This document shows positions 17,652 to 27,263 of a stretch of 64,000 nucleotides of DNA, one piece after another. The stretch spans positions 75,167-139,166 of the forward strand of contig JBGUTP010000007.1 of the NCBI GenBank assembly GCA_045133095.1. The letters run 5' to 3'. The notes under the pieces were generated by a model. It was not told the DNA's origin and searched no databases. It was given only the letters and a program-made list of their open reading frames with translations. Origin of the DNA: Candidatus Enterousia sp. Its GTDB lineage: Bacteria; Pseudomonadota; Alphaproteobacteria; Rs-D84. Every line of letters begins with the position of its first letter. The first letter of the stretch is position 1. The translations under genes were made by a program, and so were the position numbers.

Positions 17652-19532
17652 ATGGGCAAATCGAAAGTGATTTTTTCGGCGTTACTATGTGGCATCACCG
17701 TGTGCATGCCGGCGGTTGCCGCACCTGATTGTGACAACGCAATCTATCGCCGTTACAATCCCGACAAATGCGCCGGCGAAGTTACAACCTCTGATTCCAA
17801 GATGTCATTTGGAACAACCGCCACAATTACCGGCGGCGCACTTGCCATTGCCGGCGGCGCGCTTGCTTTACTTGGTTCATCATCTTCTGGCTCGTCATCA
17901 GCATCCGGCGCATCTGCTGCATCTGCCCCACTTAATAAATACAATCACCCGACCTTACACACCTATCAATTCGTTGGTGCAGACGTTGATGAAATCACCC
18001 TTGCACACGCGACCAACGGCACAGAATACGCCCGCAACCAAAATCAATATAACGACATTCGCCTGGCATACTCACTGGCACGCGGATATACCGGCGCGAC
18101 CTCTACGATTGCGGTTCTGGACACAGGTGCCAACGCATGGCACGGTCGTAACGTTGCATATCTGGCATCTGGTTCGGTTGCCCCCAACGCCAACGTTGTA
18201 TCATACGACATCACAGACACAAATGGTGACTTTGTATCGTACGCAGCGATTGGCGACATTATTTCCAACGCCGCCAAAGCCAACACCAACATTTATAATC
18301 TAAGTTGGTCCGCCAACAAATACGCCAATCAAGTTCACACACGCCAACAAATCGAACACATCACAGACCCACACTTTGTCACCCAGATTACAAACGCCGC
18401 AAAAACTAACGATGCAATATTTGTGTGGGCGGCGGGCAATGACGGCCATACAGAATCCAGCACATTTTCCGCCCTGCCAAACGTAGTTCCCGAACTGCAG
18501 GGTCACTTTATCAATGTTGTCGCCTGGGACAGCACGACTGGCGCCCTGGCTGACTTCAGCAACGCCTGTGGCGTCACCATGAACTATTGCATAACCGCCC
18601 CTGGCGCAGCATTGGAATCCCCTAAGTCATCTATTTTGCTGGACGGCACCAGTTTTGCCGCCCCAATAGTTTCCGCCGCTGTTGCCGTCCTGCGCGAAGC
18701 ATTCCCCTATATGCAATCCGGCGACATCACAAAATTACTGTTTGCGACCGCACGCGACCTGGGCGACACCGGCATTGACGCGATTTATGGTCACGGCTTA
18801 CTTGACATGGAACGCGCCACACGCCCAGTTGGCGCCGCAACAGTTCCGGTCTCTGACACCGTATCCGTACCACTGCGCACCGCACACATCTCTGCCCCCA
18901 TTGGCACCAAGATTAAATCCGCCGACATCAATTTTGCTTTTGTGGACAGTTTTGGACGCGCCTTTTCAACACCAATGAATCACAACATTTCGATTAAAAA
19001 CCGCAGCATAGCCCTGGACCGCCTAACCGACAAATCGACCAGCACCCAAATCAGCAACGTTCGTTTTGGCTTTAAGCCGAACAACCTGCTATCCGGCACA
19101 GGTTTCCTGCAAACCCAATCTGACAATTCTATGACATTTCTTGAAATTTCAGACAATCATAACATTGGTGACCTGAATATCTTTTATTCTGCAACTCTTG
19201 GCACGGATTCCCCCCACGCATCCCCAGAATCCATAATTACCGGCTTTTCAAACATCTATACCGCCGCGGCACACCTTGGCATTACACATGGCGATTGGAC
19301 ACTTCAGATAGGCACATCAGACACAATAATCAGCGGCAACATGTACCTGCGCACACTCAGTGGTCGCGCCCCTAACGGCGAATACACATACACAAACCAC
19401 ACCATAAACCTGGCTTCCATTCCATCTGTCGAATACGTTTTGTCTTACCGCTTTATGACAGCCGGTTTTGTTGACAACCCCTATGGCACAGACGAAATTT
19501 ACATGCTGGCCAAAACAAAAATATCATTCTAA
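17652..19532 (+). CDS. subtilisin-like serine protease (S8), likely outer-membrane/autotransporter-type
   Basis: AAGGA RBS and a signal peptide. The catalytic triad is present: D in IAVLDTG, H in AWHGRN, S in GTSFAAPIVSAA. The C-terminal roughly 250 aa ends ...KTKISF, like a beta-barrel terminus. Confidence 0.75.
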   Translation: MGKSKVIFSALLCGITVCMPAVAAPDCDNAIYRRYNPDKCAGEVTTSDSKMSFGTTATITGGALAIAGGALALLGSSSSGSSSASGASAASAPLNKYNHPTLHTYQFVGADVDEITLAHATNGTEYARNQNQYNDIRLAYSLARGYTGATSTIAVLDTGANAWHGRNVAYLASGSVAPNANVVSYDITDTNGDFVSYAAIGDIISNAAKANTNIYNLSWSANKYANQVHTRQQIEHITDPHFVTQITNAAKTNDAIFVWAAGNDGHTESSTFSALPNVVPELQGHFINVVAWDSTTGALADFSNACGVTMNYCITAPGAALESPKSSILLDGTSFAAPIVSAAVAVLREAFPYMQSGDITKLLFATARDLGDTGIDAIYGHGLLDMERATRPVGAATVPVSDTVSVPLRTAHISAPIGTKIKSADINFAFVDSFGRAFSTPMNHNISIKNRSIALDRLTDKSTSTQISNVRFGFKPNNLLSGTGFLQTQSDNSMTFLEISDNHNIGDLNIFYSATLGTDSPHASPESIITGFSNIYTAAAHLGITHGDWTLQIGTSDTIISGNMYLRTLSGRAPNGEYTYTNHTINLASIPSVEYVLSYRFMTAGFVDNPYGTDEIYMLAKTKISF

Positions 19533-19535
19533 CTT

Positions 19536-20150
19536 CTATACCCCTTCCTCTGGCAAGTCAGTCATTTTTTCAATAAACCTTGCCAAAGTATCCCTGTGTA
19601 CATGTAAACGCTTTGCGATTTCATATTTACTTTTACCATCACGCAGTTTCTGTTTTATATACTGTTCTCTACCATCTAACTTAGAACCACACCCTCCTCT
19701 TCCACGTGGTCTCCCGACACTTTTTCCCTCTGCCTTCACCCTTGCCAGTGCTTCTTTTGTTCTTTGTGAAATCAGATTTCTTTCTATTTCTGCAGACAAA
19801 CCGAACGCAAACGCCAGCACTTTACTTGTTATATCCGCCCCCAATCGATAGTTATCTTTTATCGTCCAAATTTTTGCCCCCACGTCCATACAGTGATGCA
19901 AAATACTCATTATCTGCAGCAAATTTCGTCCCAGCCTTGACAATTCTGATGCTATGACCAAATCATCTTTCTGTATTCGTTTCAACAACCTGCCCAGTTT
20001 TCTTTTACTTAAATCCTTTGTCGAAGAAATTTTTTCTTCAATCCATACATCAATTTGCAAGTCATTTTTTTCACAAAATTTTTTAATTTCAAATCTTTGA
20101 TTTTTTGTTGTCTGATGGTCTGTGGACACCCGCACATACCCGTACACCAT
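19536..20150 (-). CDS. small serine recombinase (resolvase/invertase family)
   Basis: MVYGYVRVSTDHQ... contains the catalytic Ser. There is a C-terminal HTH. GGAG RBS before the ATG at 20150. Confidence 0.75.
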   Translation of the reverse strand: MVYGYVRVSTDHQTTKNQRFEIKKFCEKNDLQIDVWIEEKISSTKDLSKRKLGRLLKRIQKDDLVIASELSRLGRNLLQIMSILHHCMDVGAKIWTIKDNYRLGADITSKVLAFAFGLSAEIERNLISQRTKEALARVKAEGKSVGRPRGRGGCGSKLDGREQYIKQKLRDGKSKYEIAKRLHVHRDTLARFIEKMTDLPEEGV

Positions 20151-20256
20151 AATATTACTCCTTAGGCTTAACGTACGTCTTAGAAAAAACTCTTGATTTT
20201 TTAGGGCAATACTGCTCAAATCAAGCATACGAAATAAAAACTAAAAGGAAGTGAAC

Positions 20257-20706
20257 ATGGCAGGCAGCATTAATAAAGTAATACTGGTTGGCAACATCGG
20301 CCAAGACCCACAGGTCCGCACAATGGGCAGCGGTCAAAAAGTTGTCAGTTTTTCATTAGCGACATCAGACCGCTGGAAGGACCGCACCTCTGGCGAATTC
20401 AAAGAACAAACCGAATGGCATCGCGTTGTAATCTTTAACCCTAATTTGGTCGAAGTTGCCGAACGCATGTTGCAAAAAGGCACAAAATTATATCTCGAAG
20501 GCTCGCTGCGCACACGCAAATGGCAAAATCAAAGTGGCGCAGACGTTTTCACAACCGAAGTGGTATTAAATCCATTCGGCGGTCAAATGGTTATATTAAG
20601 TGGTGCCAAATCACTTGACGGCAATGGTGGCGGCGAATATTCTGCGCCATCTGCACCACGCGAAGAAATATCCGTTGCGGACATCGGCGACGATATTCCA
20701 TTCTAA
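20257..20706 (+). CDS. ssb: single-stranded DNA-binding protein
   Basis: OB-fold N-terminus, a Gly-rich linker and a C-terminal DDIPF. AAGGAAG RBS. Confidence 0.9.
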   Translation: MAGSINKVILVGNIGQDPQVRTMGSGQKVVSFSLATSDRWKDRTSGEFKEQTEWHRVVIFNPNLVEVAERMLQKGTKLYLEGSLRTRKWQNQSGADVFTTEVVLNPFGGQMVILSGAKSLDGNGGGEYSAPSAPREEISVADIGDDIPF

Positions 20707-20718
20707 ACCACACCAATC

Positions 20719-20746
20719 AAAAAATCCCCCAAACGGGGGATTTTTT
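20719..20746. terminator. bidirectional terminator aaaaaatcccccaaacgggggatttttt
   Basis: Perfect hairpin between convergent ssb and clpB. Confidence 0.7.
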
Positions 20747-22805
20747 ATCCTACGGTCAGTTCTTTACCTTTAACATCTATATAAACCGTACTTCCTTCAC
20801 CAATTGCACCGGTCAGTATCAAATCCGCAATCTTATCCTCAACCGCAGACACAATCAGACGCTTTAATGGTCGCGCACCAAATGCCTCATCATAACCATT
20901 ATTGCCCAACCACTTAATCGCCTTGTCTGTGATATTCAATTCAATTCGACGTTCTGCCAGGCGTTTTTCCAAACCGCGCAACTGAATACGCACAATACCC
21001 GCCATTACATCTTTGCCCAATGGGTTAAAGAACAAGATTTCATCAATACGGTTCACAAATTCCGGTCTGAAATTACGCTTTACCGCATCCATATCTGGCA
21101 GGTTGCTGGTCATTATAATAATGGTATTTGTAAAGTTCACCACATGCCCTTGACCATCGGTCAAACGCCCATCATCCAAAATCTGCAAGAACACATTAAA
21201 CACATCCGGATTCGCCTTTTCAATTTCATCGAACAGCAGCACCTGATACGGACGTCTGCGCACACTTTCGGTCAGCACCCCACCCTGTTCATATCCGACG
21301 TACCCCGGGGGACTGCCAATCAAACGCGACACAGAATGTGGCTCCATATATTCACTCATATCAATTCGCGTCATTGCAGCATCATCATTAAACAGATATT
21401 CCGCCAATGCTTTTGCGACTTCGGTTTTTCCCACCCCTGTTGGTCCCAAGAACATAAAACTGCCCATTGGTCTGCGTGGGTCTGACAACCCTGCCCGACT
21501 GCGTCGAATTGCGCGCGCAATCACCCCCAGCGCATGGTCCTGCCCCACGACACGTTTACGCAGTTCATCTTCAATATTTAACAATTTTGACTGTTCTTCG
21601 GCGTTCAATCTGTCGGCTGGCACCCCTGTCCACTTACTAACTACTGCGGCAATATGTTCCGGCAACACAGTTTTATATTCGCGTGCATCTGCATTCATTT
21701 TACGAATATTTTCTTCTAATTCTGGAATCTTACCATACTGCAAGGCGGACGCTTTTTCATAGTCACCATTACGCATTGCGGCGGCAACTTCTGCCTTGGC
21801 TGCATCCAATGCCGCCATTGCATCTGACAACCCACGCATTTTTTGCTGTTCTGCCTGCCATTCTGCGGTCAGTTCTTTTGATTCCGCCTCGACCCCTGCG
21901 ATAACATTTTCTAATTCCTTCAGACGTTTTTTAGACTCTTCGTCTTTTTCTTTCTTTAACGCCTGCTGTTCAATTTTCAATTGCATCAAGTGTCTGTCAA
22001 CTTCATCCAACCTATCTGGCTTTGATGCAATTTCGATACGCACACGTGCCGCGGCCTCATCAATCAAGTCAATTGCCTTGTCTGGCAAGAATCTGTCTGT
22101 GATATATCGATTCGATAATTTAACCGCCGACACCAACGCGGCATCTGCGATTCGCACCCCATGATGCCCTTCATATTTTTCCTTTAATCCACGCAGAATT
22201 GAAATCGTGTCATCAACGGTTGGTTCGTCCACATAAACAGGTTGAAAACGACGTGCCAACGCCGGGTCTTTTTCTATATATTGACGATATTCATCCAACG
22301 TTGTTGCCCCCAAACAGTGCAATTCCCCACGTGCCAACATTGGTTTTAACAGGTTTGCTGCATCCATACTTCCTTCACCCTTACCTGCCCCGACCAAGGT
22401 ATGCAATTCATCAATAAACAAGATAATTTTACCATCTGCATCCTTGACTGCTTTTAGAATCGCTTTCAAGCGACCTTCGAACTGACCACGGAACGACGCC
22501 CCTGCCATCAACGCGCCCATATCCAAACTTAGCAACTGTTTTTTCAACAGATTTTCCGGCACATCACCCGATATAATACGATTCGCCAACCCCTCTACAA
22601 TAGCGGTCTTTCCCACCCCTGGGTTACCAATCAACACAGGATTATTTTTTGTACGACGACTTAAGACCTGAATAGCACGGCGAATTTCTTCGTCACGTCC
22701 AATAACCGGGTCTAATTTTCCATCTGCCGCCAACTTTGTAAAATCCGTTGTATATTTTTCAATCGCCTGTTGTGGTGTTTCTTGTAAATCATCTGGATTC
22801 ATCAA
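20745..22805 (-). CDS. clpB: chaperone ClpB, naturally lacking the N-terminal domain
   Basis: Both AAA+ modules are present ([16 protein letters not shown]) with the long middle coiled coil. The protein begins at the position equivalent to the E. coli ClpB80 internal start (...KYTTDFT...). Confidence 0.85.
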   Translation of the reverse strand: MMNPDDLQETPQQAIEKYTTDFTKLAADGKLDPVIGRDEEIRRAIQVLSRRTKNNPVLIGNPGVGKTAIVEGLANRIISGDVPENLLKKQLLSLDMGALMAGASFRGQFEGRLKAILKAVKDADGKIILFIDELHTLVGAGKGEGSMDAANLLKPMLARGELHCLGATTLDEYRQYIEKDPALARRFQPVYVDEPTVDDTISILRGLKEKYEGHHGVRIADAALVSAVKLSNRYITDRFLPDKAIDLIDEAAARVRIEIASKPDRLDEVDRHLMQLKIEQQALKKEKDEESKKRLKELENVIAGVEAESKELTAEWQAEQQKMRGLSDAMAALDAAKAEVAAAMRNGDYEKASALQYGKIPELEENIRKMNADAREYKTVLPEHIAAVVSKWTGVPADRLNAEEQSKLLNIEDELRKRVVGQDHALGVIARAIRRSRAGLSDPRRPMGSFMFLGPTGVGKTEVAKALAEYLFNDDAAMTRIDMSEYMEPHSVSRLIGSPPGYVGYEQGGVLTESVRRRPYQVLLFDEIEKANPDVFNVFLQILDDGRLTDGQGHVVNFTNTIIIMTSNLPDMDAVKRNFRPEFVNRIDEILFFNPLGKDVMAGIVRIQLRGLEKRLAERRIELNITDKAIKWLGNNGYDEAFGARPLKRLIVSAVEDKIADLILTGAIGEGSTVYIDVKGKELTVG

Positions 22806-22831
22806 AATACTCCTTAATTTTTCATTTCCCT

Positions 22832-22861
22832 ATATATAGTGCCACAAACACGACTTTCAAG
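22832..22861 (-). promoter_or_regulatory. RpoH (sigma32)-type heat-shock promoter CTTGAAA-N15-CTATATAT upstream of clpB
   Basis: Minus-strand reading gives cttgaaagtcgtgtttgtggcactatatat, about 30 nt upstream of the clpB RBS. Confidence 0.4.
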
Positions 22862-22926
22862 ACACAGGAACGAATGCCTTGCCACCACACTATTTTTATA
22901 CTAGCATACAAAAAAAGGACGGAACG

Positions 22927-24348
22927 ATGACAGAAAACTACACCATCAGCGAACAAGACATCCCATCAAACATGACGCTTGCCGCGGTATTTGAACAACT
23001 GCAAGACTTCAAAAACGGCTTTCCCTGCACGGAAATTACATCTGCGGCGACTGACGGCAATGGCATAACCGCCCTGGAACAAATGCTGTGTCAAGACACC
23101 CCAGAATCAGATTGCACAAATCTAAAGATTGTAAAATTTGTACCTGCATCTGGTGCCGCCACCCGCATGTTCAAAGATTTATTTGAATATTTATCAACTG
23201 GCACAATGAATACCACCACCCAGACAGTACTGAACAACCTGGAAAAATTTGCTTTTTATAACGACTTACAACAAACCCTGCCCACCAATCCAACAGACCG
23301 CGACATCATAGAATGCCTTGTTACTCCGCGTGGTCTGAACTATGGCAACCTGCCCAAAGGACTATTAAAGTTCCACAAACACAACGGCGAAACCCACACT
23401 GCTGTTGCCGAACACCTGGCAGAAGGCGCCCAATACGCATCATCTAATGGCTGTGTAAACATTCATTTTACAGTATCACCTGAACACATCTCGGGCTTCA
23501 CAACGCTTTTGGACACCCTTGTCCCCGAACAAGAGCAATCGACCGGCATGAAATATAACATTTCACTTTCCACGCAAAAGCCTGAAACAAACACCATCGC
23601 GGTAAATCCGGACAACACACCTTTTTATAATGACGACGGCACATTTCTGTTTCGCCCATCTGGTCATGGGGCATTGCTGGAAAACCTGAACGATATTGAT
23701 GCGGACATTATATTTATCAAAAACATAGACAACATATGCCCCGCCAACCGTCGCGCAGACACTATAAAATCAAAAAAAGCCCTGCTGTCCATTGGTCTAA
23801 AGATTCAACGAAAAATATTTGAATACATACGCGCCCTGGACCAAGGCACCGCCAACGAACAAGAAATTTCTGACTTTATCACGACCCACCTTGGCATCAG
23901 AAATTTTTCCACGTCTTCACTGCGTGAAATTCTGAACCGTCCGTTACGCATTTGTGGCATGGTATTAAACACCGGTGCCCCTGGTGGTGGTCCATTCTGG
24001 GTTCGTGGCACAGACGGCACTGAAACACTGCAAATAGTTGAACCCAATCAAATATCACCTGAAAAAATCAGCATATTACACACCGGTCAATACTTTAACC
24101 CGGTTGATTTGGTCTGTTTTGTACGTGATTACATGGGCAATAAATTCGACCTTACCCAATTTATCGACCCAAAGACCGGGTTCATATCGGACAAATCTCA
24201 TAATGGCAGGCCACTGCGTGCGATGGAACGCCCTGGGCTGTGGAATGGCGCGATGGCCAAATGGAACACCGTGTTTATTCCGGTTCCTGCATCAACCTTT
24301 ACCCCCGCCAAGGTGGTAACCGACCTTATAAAACCCCAACATCAATAA
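22927..24348 (+). CDS. conserved hypothetical protein (474 aa; possibly nucleotidyltransferase-like)
   Basis: AAGGA RBS. Motifs FVPASGAATRMF and GGGPFWV. The family could not be assigned confidently by eye. Confidence 0.5.
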   Translation: MTENYTISEQDIPSNMTLAAVFEQLQDFKNGFPCTEITSAATDGNGITALEQMLCQDTPESDCTNLKIVKFVPASGAATRMFKDLFEYLSTGTMNTTTQTVLNNLEKFAFYNDLQQTLPTNPTDRDIIECLVTPRGLNYGNLPKGLLKFHKHNGETHTAVAEHLAEGAQYASSNGCVNIHFTVSPEHISGFTTLLDTLVPEQEQSTGMKYNISLSTQKPETNTIAVNPDNTPFYNDDGTFLFRPSGHGALLENLNDIDADIIFIKNIDNICPANRRADTIKSKKALLSIGLKIQRKIFEYIRALDQGTANEQEISDFITTHLGIRNFSTSSLREILNRPLRICGMVLNTGAPGGGPFWVRGTDGTETLQIVEPNQISPEKISILHTGQYFNPVDLVCFVRDYMGNKFDLTQFIDPKTGFISDKSHNGRPLRAMERPGLWNGAMAKWNTVFIPVPASTFTPAKVVTDLIKPQHQ

Positions 24349-24376
24349 AAAAAAGATAAAAATATGAAAACATCAC

Positions 24377-24403
24377 TTGACTTTTCTGTATTTTTGTTAT
24401 AAA
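24377..24403 (+). promoter_or_regulatory. sigma70-like promoter TTGACT-15-TATAAA upstream of rpmB
   Basis: -35 at 24377-24382, -10 at 24398-24403. Confidence 0.3.
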
Positions 24404-24449
24404 TTTAGGTCCGCTATTAATAAAAGTATAATAAGTAAGGTAAAGTATT

Positions 24450-24818
24450 ATGCCACGTGTATGTAAAGTTACAGGTAAGAAAACAGAAGTTGGGATGAAC
24501 GTTTCCCACTCTCATCGTCGTACAAAACGTACATTCTTGCCAAATCTGCAAACATTAAAGTTCCACAGTGATATTTTGGGACGCGATTTTTCATTACGCA
24601 TTTCGACTGCTGGCTTGCGCACATTGACCAAGCATGGCGGTTTGGATGGTTATGTAATGGCGAAACCTGTATCACGTTTGACCGAAGAAATGGCTGCGAT
24701 TAAGAAAGCCATTGAAAAGAAGGCTGGCAAACCTGCGGCACCTGCTAAAAAGCCTGTACACAAGGCAAATCGCAGCGCCCGCTTGGTCAAGAAAGTTGAA
24801 GCGAAACAGGCTGCTTAA
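24450..24818 (+). CDS. rpmB: 50S ribosomal protein L28 with Lys/Ala-rich C-terminal extension
   Basis: MPRVCKVTGKKTEVGMNVSHSHRRTKRTFLPNLQ.... Confidence 0.85.
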   Translation: MPRVCKVTGKKTEVGMNVSHSHRRTKRTFLPNLQTLKFHSDILGRDFSLRISTAGLRTLTKHGGLDGYVMAKPVSRLTEEMAAIKKAIEKKAGKPAAPAKKPVHKANRSARLVKKVEAKQAA

Positions 24819-24840
24819 TCTAACAACAGTCTGAATCCAC

Positions 24841-24925
24841 GGCCCCGTGGCGGAATTGGTAGACGCGCTTGACTCAAAATCAAGTTCAGCAATGAGTGTC
24901 GGTTCGAGTCCGACCAGGGCCACCA
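24841..24925 (+). tRNA. tRNA-Leu (anticodon CAA)
   Basis: 85-nt type-II tRNA. The D-arm GGCGGAATTGGTAGACGC is identical to E. coli tRNA-Leu. Anticodon loop CUCAAAA, a long variable arm, T-loop GGTTCGAGT, encoded CCA. Confidence 0.85.
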
Positions 24926-24928
24926 GAA

Positions 24929-24955
24929 TTAAAATCCCCATTTGGGGATTTTTAT
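24929..24955 (+). terminator. terminator aaaatccccatttggggatttttattttt
   Basis: Hairpin plus T-run after tRNA-Leu. Confidence 0.65.
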
Positions 24956-25080
24956 TTTTATCTGGGCGGACGAAGAACCGTCGGTTCGGAACGTCAGTTG
25001 GTGAAATCGAGTGCAAACGAAGTTTGAACCTTACGTAGTGAAAGGGGCCCATGGAGTGTGAACGAACATGGGAATCAGAC
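24953..25080 (+). other. tRNA-linked ~130-bp structured element, copy B (homologous to 1957-2102)
   Basis: Shares the conserved blocks of copy A. Its hairpin CCCATG...CATGGG covaries with copy A's CCCATC...GATGGG. Confidence 0.45.
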
Positions 25081-25125
25081 AGTCCGACCAGGGCCACCAA
25101 AATTAAAATCCCCATTTGGGGATTT
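25081..25125 (+). repeat. 45-bp direct repeat of tRNA-Leu 3' end plus its terminator (1 mismatch)
   Basis: agtccgaccagggccacca[g/a]aattaaaatccccatttggggattt occurs at 24907-24951 and again at 25081-25125. Confidence 0.75.
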
Positions 25126-25222
25126 CTTTATTGCATCAGTCGCAAAACAGCATCAAAAAACCGCCCAAAATCGGACCACGTAAAATTGTAAATTTTGTGG
25201 CTGATAATCGGGCGGTGACAAA

Positions 25223-25537
25223 CTATCTATTAAATATCTTTTCTGGACTGTCTATATTCAGCAACCCTATCACAAAATCAACGAACGCCCAAACACAAAC
25301 AATCACACCCGGCAATATCAACAGCCAACCGATTGTTCCCATCAATAACATCGCAACACCTTCGCCATTACGTCCCGCATAGAACTTATGCACACCCCAC
25401 ATCCCCAGAAAAAATGCCAGCAACGCATAAACCAGCGCAGATTTTTCACCGCACCCCGCCTTATATCCACACTTAGGACATGCCGCCGCTTTATCAGAAT
25501 GTTTTGCGCCGCATTCACGACAATAAATCATAGCCAT
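25223..25537 (-). CDS. zinc-ribbon plus TM2-domain membrane protein
   Basis: CRECG...CPKCG zinc ribbon, then the TM2 domain motif LGMWGVHKFYAGRN. Confidence 0.65.
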   Translation of the reverse strand: MAMIYCRECGAKHSDKAAACPKCGYKAGCGEKSALVYALLAFFLGMWGVHKFYAGRNGEGVAMLLMGTIGWLLILPGVIVCVWAFVDFVIGLLNIDSPEKIFNR

Positions 25538-25559
25538 AGATTTTCACCTTTTGTTAAAT

Positions 25560-26387
25560 TTATTCATCCAACGCCAATATAAAGATACCCTTTTCATTGG
25601 CTTGTCTAATCACCGCAGGTTTATTCACAACAAAACACGTCCGCGCATTCACGACGATACCACGCAATTTTGCCGCTGCCACTGCTTTTACCGTATCTAC
25701 CCCGATTGCCGGAATATCAATACGCAAATCCTGTCCTGGCTTTGTCATCTTGGCAAACACACCGCTGACCTTTCTTTTATTTTTACGCATATCCACCACG
25801 CGTTCCAACATTTTTGCGGTACCTTCGGCGGCTTCGACCGCGATAACCTGCTTATCCACAACCACAGACGCCCCAATATCTGCCGCACCAATTGTGTGAG
25901 AAACCTCGATTGCACGTTCGATATTTTTTTTATCCGCGGCATCTGGTTTGACCTTGGTCTGCACCCCTGCTTTTTCAAAAGTCAATTCTGGTGCCAAATC
26001 CTGGGCTGCTACGATTTCAAAGCCCTGTTTTTCCAACACATTATTTAATGCCACCGCCATAGAATCATACCCCCGTTGATTTTTCATAATTTTCATTAAG
26101 GTCATAAAAGTCCACAAATCTGGTCGCAAATCAGAAAAGTTCGGATGTCCCAACGCGCCAACAAAGGTCAACTTTTTAATTCCACGACGCTTAAATTCAC
26201 GGATTGCGCGTCCCGCCCCACCAAGTCTTACAATTAAATCTGGATTCAAATCCGGGTTGACAAAGTTTTTTAACCCGACCACAAACACATCCCAACCCGC
26301 ACGCTGTAACGCATCACGCGTAAAAAACGGCAAATCAAGCGCCCCTGCAACTAATGCAATTTTATTATCTGTACTTTTATTTTTCAT
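25560..26387 (-). CDS. lpxI: UDP-2,3-diacylglucosamine hydrolase LpxI (DUF1009)
   Basis: N-terminal IALVAGALDLP and a C-terminal DxRIDIPAIG-type region typical of alphaproteobacterial LpxI. Confidence 0.65.
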   Translation of the reverse strand: MKNKSTDNKIALVAGALDLPFFTRDALQRAGWDVFVVGLKNFVNPDLNPDLIVRLGGAGRAIREFKRRGIKKLTFVGALGHPNFSDLRPDLWTFMTLMKIMKNQRGYDSMAVALNNVLEKQGFEIVAAQDLAPELTFEKAGVQTKVKPDAADKKNIERAIEVSHTIGAADIGASVVVDKQVIAVEAAEGTAKMLERVVDMRKNKRKVSGVFAKMTKPGQDLRIDIPAIGVDTVKAVAAAKLRGIVVNARTCFVVNKPAVIRQANEKGIFILALDE

Positions 26388-26461
26388 AATCCTATTTTAC
26401 GAATAAATCAGACTGGAATCAAGTTTCAAATTATGATAGACTTCTATTGACATTATAAAAC

Positions 26462-27247
26462 ATGGATTTAAACAAGATGAAAAAAATATCTTTTTTCTGC
26501 GCATTAACGACAATGCTTGGCGCATTCAACGCACATGCGTCGTATGACAATGCTCAATTTCAATCTGAAATCTTAACGGGTCTGGACCTTATCAGCGCCC
26601 GAACCACCATCGAAGAAATCGAAACACCCGCCCCCGGCGCCCTTGGCCGCGAAGTTTACGAAGTTACGGACACCGTCAACACGGACGGCATTCAAATGTA
26701 CATTCCGACAACAATGTATGTGCGCATGGGCGGTGGTTTAAACCTGGGCTTTGCGACGGACCGCGCCACATACCAGGGACGTGAATACGAAACATCTGGC
26801 GCATATACAACAAAAATTGGCATGGGTTGGAATTTATCATCCTATGTACGCAGCGAAATTGACTTTCAAACAACTACCTTAACCTTTTCTGACCTGAATC
26901 AGCATCAGGCAACATATCAAACATTGGGCGGCATGTTATATTTTGACCTGGCGCGTCGCTATGTACAAAACGGTGACATTACACGCCGTCGCACATTCGT
27001 TCCATTTATTGGCGTTGGTGCGGGTTTTGGGTTCTATGACTTCGAAGGCACCGGGGGTGCGAACGGTTTTGTAATTCCTGCGCCACGCGCTGAAATCGGG
27101 TTTAACATAATGTTCACGGACTTAATTGGCATTGACATTGCATACCAGTATCAAATGATGATAGGTCGTGGATTTGGCTGGGACGTTCGCGCCGGCGGCG
27201 TTGATAACATCAGTAATATAATGGCATCAATTCGTATGAATTTCTAA
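26462..27247 (+). CDS. outer-membrane beta-barrel protein (OMP_b-brl/porin-like)
   Basis: Signal peptide, alternating amphipathic strands, terminal ...SIRMNF. Confidence 0.55.
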   Translation: MDLNKMKKISFFCALTTMLGAFNAHASYDNAQFQSEILTGLDLISARTTIEEIETPAPGALGREVYEVTDTVNTDGIQMYIPTTMYVRMGGGLNLGFATDRATYQGREYETSGAYTTKIGMGWNLSSYVRSEIDFQTTTLTFSDLNQHQATYQTLGGMLYFDLARRYVQNGDITRRRTFVPFIGVGAGFGFYDFEGTGGANGFVIPAPRAEIGFNIMFTDLIGIDIAYQYQMMIGRGFGWDVRAGGVDNISNIMASIRMNF

Positions 27248-27263
27248 GAAAGGAAGCATTAGC

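Noticed and set aside
24672-25115. 147-aa minus-strand ORF spanning the tRNA-Leu region
   Set aside because: It is an artefact of the duplicated tRNA-end/terminator sequence (the peptide MGILILVALVGL appears twice). It overlaps a tRNA gene and a terminator.
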